DNA of 64,000 bases from Candidatus Babelota bacterium (GTDB lineage: Bacteria; Babelota; Babeliae; Babelales; JAHIUU01). The position numbers and the translations under genes were made by a program. Position 1 is the first letter of the stretch, and each line of letters starts with the position of its first letter. A model generated the notes under the pieces. It ran no database searches. It had not been told where the DNA came from and saw only the letters and a list, made by a program, of their open reading frames with translations. The DNA is taken from contig JAHIUU010000006.1 of the NCBI GenBank assembly GCA_018817025.1, positions 6,831-70,830 on the forward strand, given 5' to 3'. Positions 40,725-50,438 of this stretch are shown in pieces.

Positions 40725-41459
40725 ATGTCAGCCTTGTCGTATCTAAAAACGCCAATATCCTTTGCTGGCTGGTTCGCCGTATCTCTTTTTTTCACCATTA
40801 TCTGTATTCCATTAACGCTTATACCAGCACCTCAGCGACATAGAAACCGCCTTTACTTCTGTATAACGACTCTTTGGGGAAAGTGTTTAATGTTTTTCTC
40901 ATTTATTTTTGTCAAAAAACATGGTCTTGAAAACCTCCCAGAGCACCCCGATTCACCGTCAATTTTTGTCGTCAACCACACTTCATGTCTTGATATCTTC
41001 ATTATGGAAAGCATCATGAAAGGCTATCCCCACATCTGGCTTTTCAAAGACGCATACGCAAAAGTCCCCCTGTTCTCCATACTTATCAAACGGATGCATA
41101 TACCGGTCAAGAGAGATAGCACCGTAGCTGCAGGAAAAGCGCTTCTCAAATCTTACAAGCTAGCAAAAAGCCTAACTAGCCACGTAATTATGTTCCCCGA
41201 GGGCACACGACATCATGATGGAAAAGTACATGAATTTAATTCTGGGTTTGCACTTCTTGCAAAAAAGCTCAATCGCCCAGTCATCCCGATCGCCATCTCA
41301 GGCTTTAATAAAATTATGCCTAAAAAATCAATCTTCATAGACTATCACGCAACACAGCCCACTATGACAATTGGAAAACCACTAACAATTGGAAAAAGCG
41401 AATCGGTCGAGGATTTTGCACAACGAACACACAACTGGTTCAAGCAGCTTCTCAACTGA
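40725..41459 (+). CDS. plsC: 1-acyl-sn-glycerol-3-phosphate acyltransferase
   Basis: Acyltransferase motifs NHTSCLDIF (NHxxxxD) and MFPEGTRH are present, with an N-terminal TM. Confidence 0.8.
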   Translation: MSALSYLKTPISFAGWFAVSLFFTIICIPLTLIPAPQRHRNRLYFCITTLWGKCLMFFSFIFVKKHGLENLPEHPDSPSIFVVNHTSCLDIFIMESIMKGYPHIWLFKDAYAKVPLFSILIKRMHIPVKRDSTVAAGKALLKSYKLAKSLTSHVIMFPEGTRHHDGKVHEFNSGFALLAKKLNRPVIPIAISGFNKIMPKKSIFIDYHATQPTMTIGKPLTIGKSESVEDFAQRTHNWFKQLLN

Positions 41460-41486
41460 CCAAGTTTTTTATACACTCTATCTATT

Positions 41487-42485
41487 ATGTATTACTTTCG
41501 TTTTGCCTATCCACAAGTTTTTTATCTGTTTGTCCCTCTCCTGATCGCCGCAATTGTCTATCGTATAAAATTTCATCGATATCCTACATACCAATACCCC
41601 CTTACAAATCAAATAAAAAAATCCGGTCTCACGAAAAACAAATCTTATAAAACCGTTCTATTACTGCTTCGCAGCATGACCTTGCTCTTTCTTATCGTTC
41701 TCATTGCTCGCCCTCAATGGACCGACGCACGTTCGAAAATAACGGTCGATGGGGTCGACATAATGCTCGCTCTTGACGTCTCAGGTAGCATGCAACTTTT
41801 TGACGACCTTCAGGATCGCCGTCAACGAATCGCCATCGCAAAAAAAGAAGCTATCAACTTTGTAAAAAAGCGACCGGAGGATCAGATAGGAATTGTTATT
41901 TTTGGCGCAGAGGCAATTGCTCGATGCCCACTCACTCTCGACAAAGAAATTCTTATAAAAATCATCGACAACACCAACCTCGGTATCATTAGTCCAAGCG
42001 GAACCTCTCTCGCAACCGGCCTTGCAACAACAATCACCAAGCTCAAGAACTCAAAAGCAAAAAATAAAATTATTATCTTACTCACTGATGGTCAACCAAC
42101 ACCTGAAACCGAAAGCGTATCAATCGAAACCGCCCTTGAACTTGCAAAAAAATTTCAGACAAAAATCTACACCGTCGCTATCGGAAACAAGCGCGGTGGC
42201 TATGGACAAAATAGCTTCGGATTTGTCCAACAGATTCCCGACAGTGTAAACGAGCTGCTTCTCCAAAACATTGCTCAGCAAACCGGGGGGAAATTTTTCA
42301 GGGCAAACAATCCAAAAGAGATGAGAGCCATCTATAACACAATCAACAAACTTGAAAAAACCCAATACGAAACAAGTCTATTCTCACGCCACTATGAAGC
42401 TTTTGCCTCGTTTATCTGGTTTTTTCTCTTTTTACTATGTTTTGAATTGCTTTTTAGACTGTTCATCTGGAGGGAACTCGTATGA
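41487..42485 (+). CDS. batA: vWA-domain membrane protein BatA
   Basis: Two N-terminal TMs and a vWA domain with MIDAS DVSGSM...TS...TDG are present, plus a C-terminal TM. It is followed by batB with an ATGA overlap. Confidence 0.75.
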   Translation: MYYFRFAYPQVFYLFVPLLIAAIVYRIKFHRYPTYQYPLTNQIKKSGLTKNKSYKTVLLLLRSMTLLFLIVLIARPQWTDARSKITVDGVDIMLALDVSGSMQLFDDLQDRRQRIAIAKKEAINFVKKRPEDQIGIVIFGAEAIARCPLTLDKEILIKIIDNTNLGIISPSGTSLATGLATTITKLKNSKAKNKIIILLTDGQPTPETESVSIETALELAKKFQTKIYTVAIGNKRGGYGQNSFGFVQQIPDSVNELLLQNIAQQTGGKFFRANNPKEMRAIYNTINKLEKTQYETSLFSRHYEAFASFIWFFLFLLCFELLFRLFIWRELV

Positions 42486-43486
42486 CCGAATTCCTAGGGA
42501 TCTTTTGGCACGCAACCAACCGAATCTTCTTACTCCCGTTTTTTTTAGCGGCAATATTCTTGGTAATCAAAAAGCATCGAATGGCAAAATTCTTCTTAGC
42601 CAAACTTGCCAGCGCAACTCACCAAACAACTGTGTTTAAAAATTTATCGCCAAGAAAACAACTCGCAAAACTTGTTTTCTTTTGCACAGCCCTCTTCTTC
42701 CTCTTTGTCGCCATACTCCAACCACAATGGAACAAAAAGAATCAACCGATCGATCAGAAGGGGCGAGACTTACTTGTACTACTCGACATTTCTCGCAGCA
42801 TGCTCGCACAGGACTTGAAACCAAATAGACTAGAATTCATAAAGCTCAAGCTCAAAACATTGCTTAGAAAGATGTCCTGTGAACGAGTCGGGCTTATTCT
42901 TTTTTCTGGAACCGCTTTCGTCCAGTGCCCACTTACCGTTGACTATCAAACATTCCTTATGTTTCTCGATCAGGTAGACGTTGAAAGCATCTCATCCGGA
43001 ACCACCGCAATAGACTCAGCACTTCAAAAAGCAATCGACCTCTATAAAAACTATCCTACTCGTAAAAACAAGCTTGCTCTTCTCGTCACCGACGGAGAAG
43101 ATTTTTCGCTCAATCTTGAATCGATCAAGAAAAGCGCAAAACAAGATGGCATCACCGTTCTTGCCCTAGGGACTGGAACCGCCCAGGGAGCACCTATTCC
43201 AAAAGTTGACCTCGTTGGAAAACACACAGGATATGAAACTGACCCGACCGGCAAAATCGCACTCTCAAAGATCAATGAGTCTCTTCTTAAAGATATTTGC
43301 CGAACGCTCAATGGCGCGTATGTTCGCACAACGTATGACGACTCAGACATCGATTATCTCATTCGACTTATCAACAAGTTTGAGAAAGAAAAATTCAACG
43401 ACAAAAGACTTTCGACGCACGAAGACCAATACCCATGGCTTTTGGGAGTCTCTTGGTTTCTGTTTGCACTGGAGTGGGTGTTATGA
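42482..43486 (+). CDS. batB: vWA-domain membrane protein BatB
   Basis: The vWA domain has MIDAS LDISRSM...GT...TDGED. It has the same architecture as batA. Confidence 0.75.
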   Translation: MTEFLGIFWHATNRIFLLPFFLAAIFLVIKKHRMAKFFLAKLASATHQTTVFKNLSPRKQLAKLVFFCTALFFLFVAILQPQWNKKNQPIDQKGRDLLVLLDISRSMLAQDLKPNRLEFIKLKLKTLLRKMSCERVGLILFSGTAFVQCPLTVDYQTFLMFLDQVDVESISSGTTAIDSALQKAIDLYKNYPTRKNKLALLVTDGEDFSLNLESIKKSAKQDGITVLALGTGTAQGAPIPKVDLVGKHTGYETDPTGKIALSKINESLLKDICRTLNGAYVRTTYDDSDIDYLIRLINKFEKEKFNDKRLSTHEDQYPWLLGVSWFLFALEWVL

Positions 43487-44208
43487 TCACACTATTTTTC
43501 TTCTTACCTTTTTCGTTTTTACCATCGTACAACGCGCATAAAGCATACCAACAAAACGAATTCCTCAAAGCACAAGAGATTTTAGAGTCAGAGCAGGTTG
43601 AAAAACCAAACGACCCACTCATCAACTACAACCTTGGCGCAACCTACTACAAACAGAAAAAGTATGATTTATCAAAAAAAAATTTTGAACGCGCCGCTAC
43701 CCACAAGTCTCTAGCAGAAAAATCCCAATTCAATCTTGGCAACTGTTTTTATAAAAACACACTCGATCTACTGCCAGAAACGTGGGAACACAAGCAGCTT
43801 GATCCTCAAATCACTCAACGAGCAATAAAAGAAGTCAAGCTGTCAATAGAACACTACAAAAGCAGTCTGTCAATCAACAAGAGTAAACAAGCCCAAACAA
43901 ACAAGCGGGCGGCAGAAAAGCTGCTTACTAAACTAAATAAGAAACAAAATCAAGAGAACAAGCAAGACAAGCAAAAGAAACAAGAACAAGAAAGAAACCA
44001 AGATAACAAACAAAAGAGGCAAGAAAAAAAAAGCAAACCAAACAAGCAAAACAAAAAAGAAAGCTTAGAAAAAAGCATGGAGAAGAGAAGAACACAAGTT
44101 CTCCTCAAAAAGCTCCAAGAGCAAGAAAAAAAATTACAAAAACAGTTACTCAAGAAAAAAGTGAATACAAATGCAAAGCCGAAAAATTCATATCAAAAAC
44201 CTTGGTAA
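43483..44208 (+). CDS. batC: TPR protein BatC with K/Q-rich tail
   Basis: N-terminal TM and TPR-like repeats (YNLGATYYKQKKYDLSKKNFERA, FNLGNCFYKN) are present. The low-complexity tail reads KQNQENKQDKQKKQEQERNQDNKQKRQEKK. The ATG at 43483 overlaps the batB stop (ATGA) and is preferred over 43435. Confidence 0.6.
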   Translation: MITLFFFLPFSFLPSYNAHKAYQQNEFLKAQEILESEQVEKPNDPLINYNLGATYYKQKKYDLSKKNFERAATHKSLAEKSQFNLGNCFYKNTLDLLPETWEHKQLDPQITQRAIKEVKLSIEHYKSSLSINKSKQAQTNKRAAEKLLTKLNKKQNQENKQDKQKKQEQERNQDNKQKRQEKKSKPNKQNKKESLEKSMEKRRTQVLLKKLQEQEKKLQKQLLKKKVNTNAKPKNSYQKPW

Positions 44209-45994
44209 TATACGAGTAATCTTCTTTTGTCTTATTCTTATTAGTGCTCTGGCGCAAACAGTTCGCTGTGATAGCCTGTCCATCTCGCTTGAACTATCAG
44301 ACATTCACTACATCAAAGACGAGACTGGAGCAATAAAGCCAACAGTCTTTGTCAGCGATTCATTCGAGCTCAAGGCAATCGTTTCAGGAACCAAGCAGGC
44401 CCCTGAAGAACTACAGATTAAAGGGCTTGAGCAATTTCTTATCCGGGGGCAAAGTTCCTCAAGCAATATATCGATCAACAACTCATCACTTCTGGCTGAA
44501 AAAACAACCGCCTACACAATGCTCCCCCGACAAGTTGGAACATTTGTCATAGGACCGGCAACGGTCAATCAAAACGGAAAAACCTATGAATCAAACACGA
44601 TAACAATTCTCGTAACGCAACAAAGCGACACTCAAAACAAGCCGGTCTCAGGTCAGACAAATACATCAGAAAGCGATCTTTTCTGCAAATTAACCGCTGA
44701 TAAGCAAACAGCCGTAACCGAAGAACCGATTACCATCACCATCTCAATCGTTAGGCCAGAAAAAAATCCTCGGATACGAGGGCTGATCCCTCCAAAGTTT
44801 CCTAATTGCACGGTCAAAGAAATCGAACATGCGAAAGAATACCGCCAAAAAAAGGATGGTCAGACGGTCACCGTAACCCAAAAACAATATCTTATCTTCC
44901 CACAAAAGACCGGGACACTGACCTTACAGCCAGCACAGGCGGTCTACACAGTACAAGAAAAAAGAAATAATAGAAAAAGTGGGTTTCGTTTTTTCGATAA
45001 CGATTTTTTCTCCGACTTTTTCCCAACTCAGGCTAAACAAAAAGTTTCAGCCTCGAACTCCCTCTCGTTAACCATAAAAGACCTGCCATCGACTCAGGAC
45101 TATGTCGATGCAGTAGGAAGTTTTCGTTCATTTACCGCTAAAATCGACAAAACAACCGTGGTCGCTAACGAGCCAATAAAATTTACCCTTGAGCTAACCG
45201 GTCACGCAAACTTCGACATTATCTTGCCTCCAAAGCTCTCTCTTCCAAATTTTTTTAAAACATACGATTCAAAAACAGAGCTCTCTCAAGACTTAACCCA
45301 CAACGACTCGCCGGGAGTTAAATCTTTTGAGTTCATCTTTCAGGTTCCAGAATCAGGAAAATGGGAGATACCTGCGCAGTCACTTCACTACTTCGATACT
45401 AAGACAAAAAAATACCAAACCATGCAAACCGCCCCAATCCCTATCACCGTCTCGATACCGTATGGGGCACAGTCAGCACCAATGCCTATGCCGAAACAAG
45501 TGAAAGCAACAGCGCCAACACCTACAACCAGTGACATTCACTTTATTGAAGAACATGCGCAAGCAACAGAACAACCACCTACAAAAATACCCATATGGGG
45601 TTTCGCGTTACTATTACTTCTTATACCGGTACTTTCTTCGCTCTCACCACGTGGTCTTGCTCTAACCAATCGAAAAAGCAATCTAGCCCTATATCAAAAA
45701 AAATTAATCGACCTGATCGAGTACGACGAGTTTGAAAAGCTCTACTCACTGTTTTGCAATTTTTTTGCTGAAAATTCTGACTTGTCAGTCAGTATGGTCA
45801 ACGAAGAAACAATCACAAAAGCATTAACCAAAACAGATCTTAGTAGAGAAAAAACAGACTCGTTTCTAGATTTCTTGAACGAATGTGCTCACTATTCATT
45901 TGCATCAAAAGAGATGACAACAGAGCGCCTTCAGAAGCTGAAAAAAAAAGCTGAATATTGGTTAATCGTTATCTCTAAAACATTTAAAAAATAA
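44171..45994 (+). CDS. batD: BatD-like (oxygen-tolerance family) protein
   Basis: 607 aa with a signal peptide, a long beta-rich ectodomain and one TM near the C-terminus (IPIWGFALLLLLIPVL). The position after batC is as in Bacteroides/Leptospira bat operons. Confidence 0.55.
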   Translation: MQSRKIHIKNLGNIRVIFFCLILISALAQTVRCDSLSISLELSDIHYIKDETGAIKPTVFVSDSFELKAIVSGTKQAPEELQIKGLEQFLIRGQSSSSNISINNSSLLAEKTTAYTMLPRQVGTFVIGPATVNQNGKTYESNTITILVTQQSDTQNKPVSGQTNTSESDLFCKLTADKQTAVTEEPITITISIVRPEKNPRIRGLIPPKFPNCTVKEIEHAKEYRQKKDGQTVTVTQKQYLIFPQKTGTLTLQPAQAVYTVQEKRNNRKSGFRFFDNDFFSDFFPTQAKQKVSASNSLSLTIKDLPSTQDYVDAVGSFRSFTAKIDKTTVVANEPIKFTLELTGHANFDIILPPKLSLPNFFKTYDSKTELSQDLTHNDSPGVKSFEFIFQVPESGKWEIPAQSLHYFDTKTKKYQTMQTAPIPITVSIPYGAQSAPMPMPKQVKATAPTPTTSDIHFIEEHAQATEQPPTKIPIWGFALLLLLIPVLSSLSPRGLALTNRKSNLALYQKKLIDLIEYDEFEKLYSLFCNFFAENSDLSVSMVNEETITKALTKTDLSREKTDSFLDFLNECAHYSFASKEMTTERLQKLKKKAEYWLIVISKTFKK

Positions 45995-46005
45995 AGGGCC
46001 AAACC

Positions 46006-46767
46006 ATGAAGCGTCACAATATGCTCATAACAATATTCGGACTACTATTCTCCTTACCAGTCGGCCTCTCAGGCAACAGCCATCAAGACCAGTTTGAACA
46101 TGCAAACACCCTTTATAAAAAGGGACTTTTCGATGAAGCAATGAAGTTGTATGAGCAAATTCCAAACAAAAGCGCCCGGGTCAACTACAATCTTGGGAAC
46201 TGTGCGTATAAACTAGAAAAATATGGTTGGGCATTATTATATTGGCGGCGCGCCGAGAGAACATGGGGATTTTTTAATAGAAACGAGCTGATTGAAAACA
46301 TCTCTCTTCTCAAGAAAAAACTCAATCTAACCTCAGAGCAGGGGCCTCCCATCATCAAAAAAATAAAACAACTCGTACTCTCATGGACCTACGCAATACC
46401 ACTGCTCGTCCTCCAGCTTCTCTTCCTGCTGCTCTGGTTCTTTCTGTTTGGCTACATTCGATTCCTATACAAAAAACGCAAAAATGGGGCTATTCTGTTG
46501 CTTTTTGCCCTCATAGCATTATTTGGTATACTGCTTACCCTGCGCTATAGCCTTGAAGCAAGACGAGACGCCATCGTAGTCAGCCAACAAAGTAGTCTCC
46601 TATCGGGACCGGGAGAAACGTTTCAAACGCTCATACAACTTGATCCTGCCTCTGAGGTCATAATCAAAAAAGAAACCACTGGCTACTATAAGATTAAAGC
46701 GCAACAAAAAGTTGGATGGATAGACAAAAAACATGTTATGGAGGTTTTATTATGGAAAAAAACATAA
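46006..46767 (+). CDS. batE: BatE-like TPR + SH3b protein
   Basis: Signal peptide and TPR repeats (ANTLYKKGLFDEAMKLYEQ, YNLGNCAYKLEKYGWALLYWRRA) are present. It has TM segments and a C-terminal SH3-like end ...GYYKIKAQQKVGWIDKKHV. Confidence 0.55.
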   Translation: MKRHNMLITIFGLLFSLPVGLSGNSHQDQFEHANTLYKKGLFDEAMKLYEQIPNKSARVNYNLGNCAYKLEKYGWALLYWRRAERTWGFFNRNELIENISLLKKKLNLTSEQGPPIIKKIKQLVLSWTYAIPLLVLQLLFLLLWFFLFGYIRFLYKKRKNGAILLLFALIALFGILLTLRYSLEARRDAIVVSQQSSLLSGPGETFQTLIQLDPASEVIIKKETTGYYKIKAQQKVGWIDKKHVMEVLLWKKT

Positions 46768-47237
46768 GCTCAGGTGTTATTGCAACATGCTTACTCACCG
46801 CGGTCATCATAATGGCTGGTTGCGGAAAAGATGAAACGGCCGGCGGAGCCGCTGGTGCCGCAAGTGGTGCGATGCTCGGAGCTGCCGTCTCGGGAAGACA
46901 CAGCAAAGGGGAAGGCGCGCTTGTTGGAGGTGTTATTGGAAACTATATCGGACGAACGTTGGGCTGCTCAAGCGATAATAAACGAGAACAAAGCAAACAC
47001 AAAAAAGAAGTTGCTGAGCTTAAAACGCAAAACCGCAATTTGCAACGGCAACTCACTAAGTGGTGTGGCGATTGCAACCGACAGGTCAGAATGAAAGGCG
47101 CGAGAAGCTGTCCTGACTGTGGTGGCAGCCTAATCCAAGAAAAGTTTTGTGAACGTTGCAAAACAGTCTTTACCCCAGACAGCGGCTATCGATACTGTCC
47201 GTACTGTAGCGTACGAGCAGCACTAAAAGGACGTTAA
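46752..47237 (+). CDS. Lipoprotein with glycine-zipper region and C-terminal double zinc ribbon
   Basis: GGAGG RBS, then MEKNISSGVIATCLLTAVIIMAGC (lipobox). The Gly-zipper is GGAAGAASGAMLGAAVSG...GGVIGNYIG. It ends with CGDC...CPDC...CERC...CPYC. The track start at 46716 lacks an RBS. Confidence 0.5.
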   Translation: MEKNISSGVIATCLLTAVIIMAGCGKDETAGGAAGAASGAMLGAAVSGRHSKGEGALVGGVIGNYIGRTLGCSSDNKREQSKHKKEVAELKTQNRNLQRQLTKWCGDCNRQVRMKGARSCPDCGGSLIQEKFCERCKTVFTPDSGYRYCPYCSVRAALKGR

Positions 47238-47242
47238 TCGAA

Positions 47243-47268
47243 AGGGGCCTTCCAGAGGCCCCTTTTTT
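47243..47268 (+). terminator. Rho-independent terminator closing the bat cluster
   Basis: AGGGGCCT-TCCAG-AGGCCCCT (8-bp stem) followed by TTTTTT. Confidence 0.75.
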
Positions 47269-47482
47269 CTTCCTGAATCGATACTTATAAATATTCTATA
47301 AAAATATTCCATTTTGTAATTATTTTCTTGTACACTGAGTATAGAACTTGTAATCGCTTGGTTACGAGTGAACCATCTGAGGCATGGCCTTGTCAGGCAG
47401 TGACTGCAAAGCCATGCACACAGATGGGCCTATACAGGTGGTACGTGTTGTAATAGAAAAACCGTTGTAGGAGGGTAAAAAA

Positions 47483-47713
47483 ATGAAACGTCTTGCCGCA
47501 TTATTTCTCATCTTGGGCCTTATTGGATCCGCTTGCGTCTTAAGTAGCTGCTCTAAAGAAGAAAAGACTATCGCCGGAGCATTAATTGGCGCCGGAGCCG
47601 GTATTGGTATCGGTTCTGCAGCAGGTAATACTGAGGGTGGCGTCATCGGCGGAATTCTTGGCGCCGGCGTCGGTGGACTCATCGGAAACAGCATGGGTGA
47701 CGATAAAGATTAA
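47483..47713 (+). CDS. Small glycine-zipper lipoprotein (Pcp/SlyB-like)
   Basis: AGGAGGG RBS, signal peptide plus lipobox LSSC. The Gly-zipper is GALIGAGAGIGIGSAAGNTEGGVIGGILGAGVGGLIG. Confidence 0.6.
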   Translation: MKRLAALFLILGLIGSACVLSSCSKEEKTIAGALIGAGAGIGIGSAAGNTEGGVIGGILGAGVGGLIGNSMGDDKD

Positions 47714-47726
47714 TACATCATCTTTC

Positions 47727-47759
47727 ATCTCCTGAAGGGTCGCGGCTCCAACACCGCGA
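47727..47759 (+). terminator. Rho-independent terminator
   Basis: GGGTCGCGG-CTCCAACA-CCGCGACCC followed by CTTTTTT. Confidence 0.75.
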
Positions 47760-47805
47760 CCCCTTTTTTCTTGCGAAAAGAACCAGTTCCTGGCAGACTA
47801 TTTCC

Positions 47806-48537
47806 ATGCAAAAATTACTCTCTATCAATAACCTTCATGTTTCTATTAAAGAGTCTGAGATTCTCAAAGGGGTTTCTCTAGAAATAGCCTCTGGCGAAAT
47901 TCATGCCATCATGGGGCCAAATGGGTCCGGTAAGAGCACGCTTGCGCTCACGCTCATGGGACACCCGAGATACGCTATAAACAACGGCTTAATAAACTTT
48001 GACGGCAAAAACCTACTCGCTCTTCCAGTCGAAAAACGGGGTCTGTCAGGAATCTTTCTCGCATTTCAAACACCATTTGAAATAGAAGGTATATCGTTGC
48101 GGGAATTTTTGTATCAGATCTATCTGGCCAAACACCCGGGCTCTGGCGTCACCGAATTCGAAACGCTTCTTATCGAAAAGCTCAAAATACTTAACCTAAA
48201 ACCAAAATTCGTCGAACGACACTTGAATGTCGGTTTTTCTGGAGGCGAAAAAAAGCAGGCCGAAATCCTTCAACTCGCTATACTGCAACCAAAGCTTGCT
48301 ATTCTTGATGAGATCGACTCTGGGCTAGACGTCGATGCCCTCAAAACGGTTTGCTCGTGCATAAACAAAATAAAAGCTACCAACCCAAACCTCACGCTCA
48401 TCATCATCACCCATTATCCGCGTATTCTTAGCTACTTGGTCCCTGATGTTGTTCACATCATGCAAAATGGGACCATCGTACAATCAGGCACAAAAGAACT
48501 TGCTCAAGAAATAGAACGAGGAGGATACTCGTTATAG
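47806..48537 (+). CDS. sufC: Fe-S cluster assembly ATPase SufC
   Basis: Walker A GPNGSGKST and the SufC-type signature NVGFSGGEKKQAEILQL are present, with LDEIDSGLD and the H-loop ITHY. No sufB/sufD is adjacent. Confidence 0.85.
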   Translation: MQKLLSINNLHVSIKESEILKGVSLEIASGEIHAIMGPNGSGKSTLALTLMGHPRYAINNGLINFDGKNLLALPVEKRGLSGIFLAFQTPFEIEGISLREFLYQIYLAKHPGSGVTEFETLLIEKLKILNLKPKFVERHLNVGFSGGEKKQAEILQLAILQPKLAILDEIDSGLDVDALKTVCSCINKIKATNPNLTLIIITHYPRILSYLVPDVVHIMQNGTIVQSGTKELAQEIERGGYSL

Positions 48538-48594
48538 CTCTTGGGCATGAACTCATCGTATAAAAAATTAAAACAGAAAGGTCTTGTCGTGAAT

Positions 48595-49251
48595 ATGAAA
48601 AAAAACTTTTTATTTATTGTATTTATTTTGGTTCTAAATTCTGGCCACCTCACCCCTATGGGCAAAGCTGCTAACGAGAAATCTGATAGCCCGGTTGATT
48701 ACTTTCTCAATCAAGTCTGCAAAATCATTACCAATAACAATCTAACTCATCGCCCAAAAACAGATCTTATAATAGACATTGATATCGAAATAGAAGCACT
48801 ATTCATAGAGCAAGAAAAACTGTTTACCATAGCCCGTGAAACAAGGTGTACGAACACACCCCCGTTACTCAGACGTATGATCGATACATACACAAATCAA
48901 ATTCAACAGCTCTATACCATAAAAAATTTCTTTGATGGACAAATACAATCGGAAATTAGCTTATACCCAACATCTGTGGATCAAAAAAATCATATAAATC
49001 ACTGGTATAAAACCTCGATCATCCAGTGGGTTAAAAAAAGAACACCCCTCATTAAACTTCTCATCTCAAAAAAACGAACTTATATCGCAAAACTCTATGC
49101 CAAAAGATTAAAAACCATACTCAGAACGACCATCGACTTGATTGGTTTTGACTTAAAAACCACGTTCGGCGTTAGGATCCTCAATCTTGACAACAAAAAA
49201 CAAGAGGCTAAACAAGCATTAAATACCTTATCCAACGTTTTTTGCCCATGA
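48595..49251 (+). CDS. Hypothetical secreted protein
   Basis: The ATG at 48595 gives the signal peptide MKKNFLFIVFILVLNSG (the track start at 48541 is TTG). No domain recognised. Confidence 0.35.
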   Translation: MKKNFLFIVFILVLNSGHLTPMGKAANEKSDSPVDYFLNQVCKIITNNNLTHRPKTDLIIDIDIEIEALFIEQEKLFTIARETRCTNTPPLLRRMIDTYTNQIQQLYTIKNFFDGQIQSEISLYPTSVDQKNHINHWYKTSIIQWVKKRTPLIKLLISKKRTYIAKLYAKRLKTILRTTIDLIGFDLKTTFGVRILNLDNKKQEAKQALNTLSNVFCP

Positions 49252-49334
49252 TTTTCTAAGCACTTTACTTCCACAAACTAACCTCTGTACGCTTAAAAGA
49301 GAAAACGTTAAACCACAATCCTGGGGGGGGGACC

Positions 49335-50438
49335 ATGAAGGTGGAACAATATCTCTTTTATCTTTTGTTTTTACTCGTTGGAACGCCAGCACTTCAAAGC
49401 GAAGTGAACCTTAACAATACTGGTGACCTCTTAGCCCAGTCGGCCGTCTCAATCTCGCAGCTCAATCTTCTCCACAACTCTCTTACTGAACTTAACCAGC
49501 AAGCGCCATCGCCAAAGATCGAGGGCGACATCGCTATGATCGAAGCAATTCTCGAGACAATCCAGGTGTCCATTCATGAACTCAACAGCGTAGAACAACT
49601 TGACCTACGACCAAACGACGAAAAAGACAACGAAGAAAACCAACAACCAACCCCTGAACAAATCGTTCAGGCAAACCAACAACAGATCATTGATAATCTT
49701 ATCAATGCAATCGAACAATCAAATGCAACCATTGAAAAATTAACGCGGCCAAACCGATGGAAAAATATAAAAATTGGTATATACCTAGTCTCCGGCACCG
49801 CTGCCGCTATAGGGGTAATCGTCCTTGGCTACCAGGCCTATAAAAAAATAAAATCGTTCTTCATGGCCCCAATCGAGGAGATGGACAAAGAGATCGAACA
49901 ACAAATAAAGGAAGTCTCCAAACTAGGCGACCAATTAACAGAAAACGTCGAAAACCTCAAAGACAATCTTCAACCTATAAAAAAAAGAACAAACGAAATA
50001 AAAAAAGCCGTTAAGGGAGGAATAAAAGTCCTCGATAATGTTCTTAAAAACGACTTTCCCAAACTCAAGGACGAAATTAACGAGAAAATTGCAACATTTC
50101 GAATTCTAGAAGAACTACGCAACATACGATTACGCGAAAAAGAAAAAATAGACGAGCTCGAACAAGAAATAAAGCGCCTGAAAAAACAAACTCAAACAAA
50201 TGATCAAGAACAAAACAAAAAAATCAGCGAACTAAAACAAAAAATGAAACGAGAAAGCTCTCACATGAAAGTTCACAGTCAACGATTGGATCTTTTGCTA
50301 GAAAACGATTTGATCTTAGCCAAGGAGCATTTTTCAAATAGACTTAAACTCTGCGAAGCCAGAGAAAAAATGGGGCTTAACAACTCGCCAATAGAACGAA
50401 CAGAAAATCAGCTAGAGAAGATTGTTGGTCCTAAATAG
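49335..50438 (+). CDS. Hypothetical signal-peptide / single-TM / coiled-coil protein
   Basis: G-rich RBS, signal peptide MKVEQYLFYLLFLLVGTPALQS and a central TM IGIYLVSGTAAAIGVIVLGY are present. The C-terminal half is a K/E-rich coiled coil. Its TAG stop is the first triplet of repeat copy A. Confidence 0.4.
   Translation: MKVEQYLFYLLFLLVGTPALQSEVNLNNTGDLLAQSAVSISQLNLLHNSLTELNQQAPSPKIEGDIAMIEAILETIQVSIHELNSVEQLDLRPNDEKDNEENQQPTPEQIVQANQQQIIDNLINAIEQSNATIEKLTRPNRWKNIKIGIYLVSGTAAAIGVIVLGYQAYKKIKSFFMAPIEEMDKEIEQQIKEVSKLGDQLTENVENLKDNLQPIKKRTNEIKKAVKGGIKVLDNVLKNDFPKLKDEINEKIATFRILEELRNIRLREKEKIDELEQEIKRLKKQTQTNDQEQNKKISELKQKMKRESSHMKVHSQRLDLLLENDLILAKEHFSNRLKLCEAREKMGLNNSPIERTENQLEKIVGPK

Noticed and set aside
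43950-44153. 67-aa Cys/Phe/Leu-rich antisense ORF within the batC tail
   Set aside because: It is the mirror image of the K/Q-rich (AAR/CAR) low-complexity coding region, an artefact of composition.
47362-47694. 110-aa Pro/Ala-rich ORF on the minus strand
   Set aside because: It is the antisense mirror of the Gly-rich (GGN codon) lipoprotein gene at 47483..47713. That gene has an RBS, a lipobox and a terminator. The antisense ORF has none of these.
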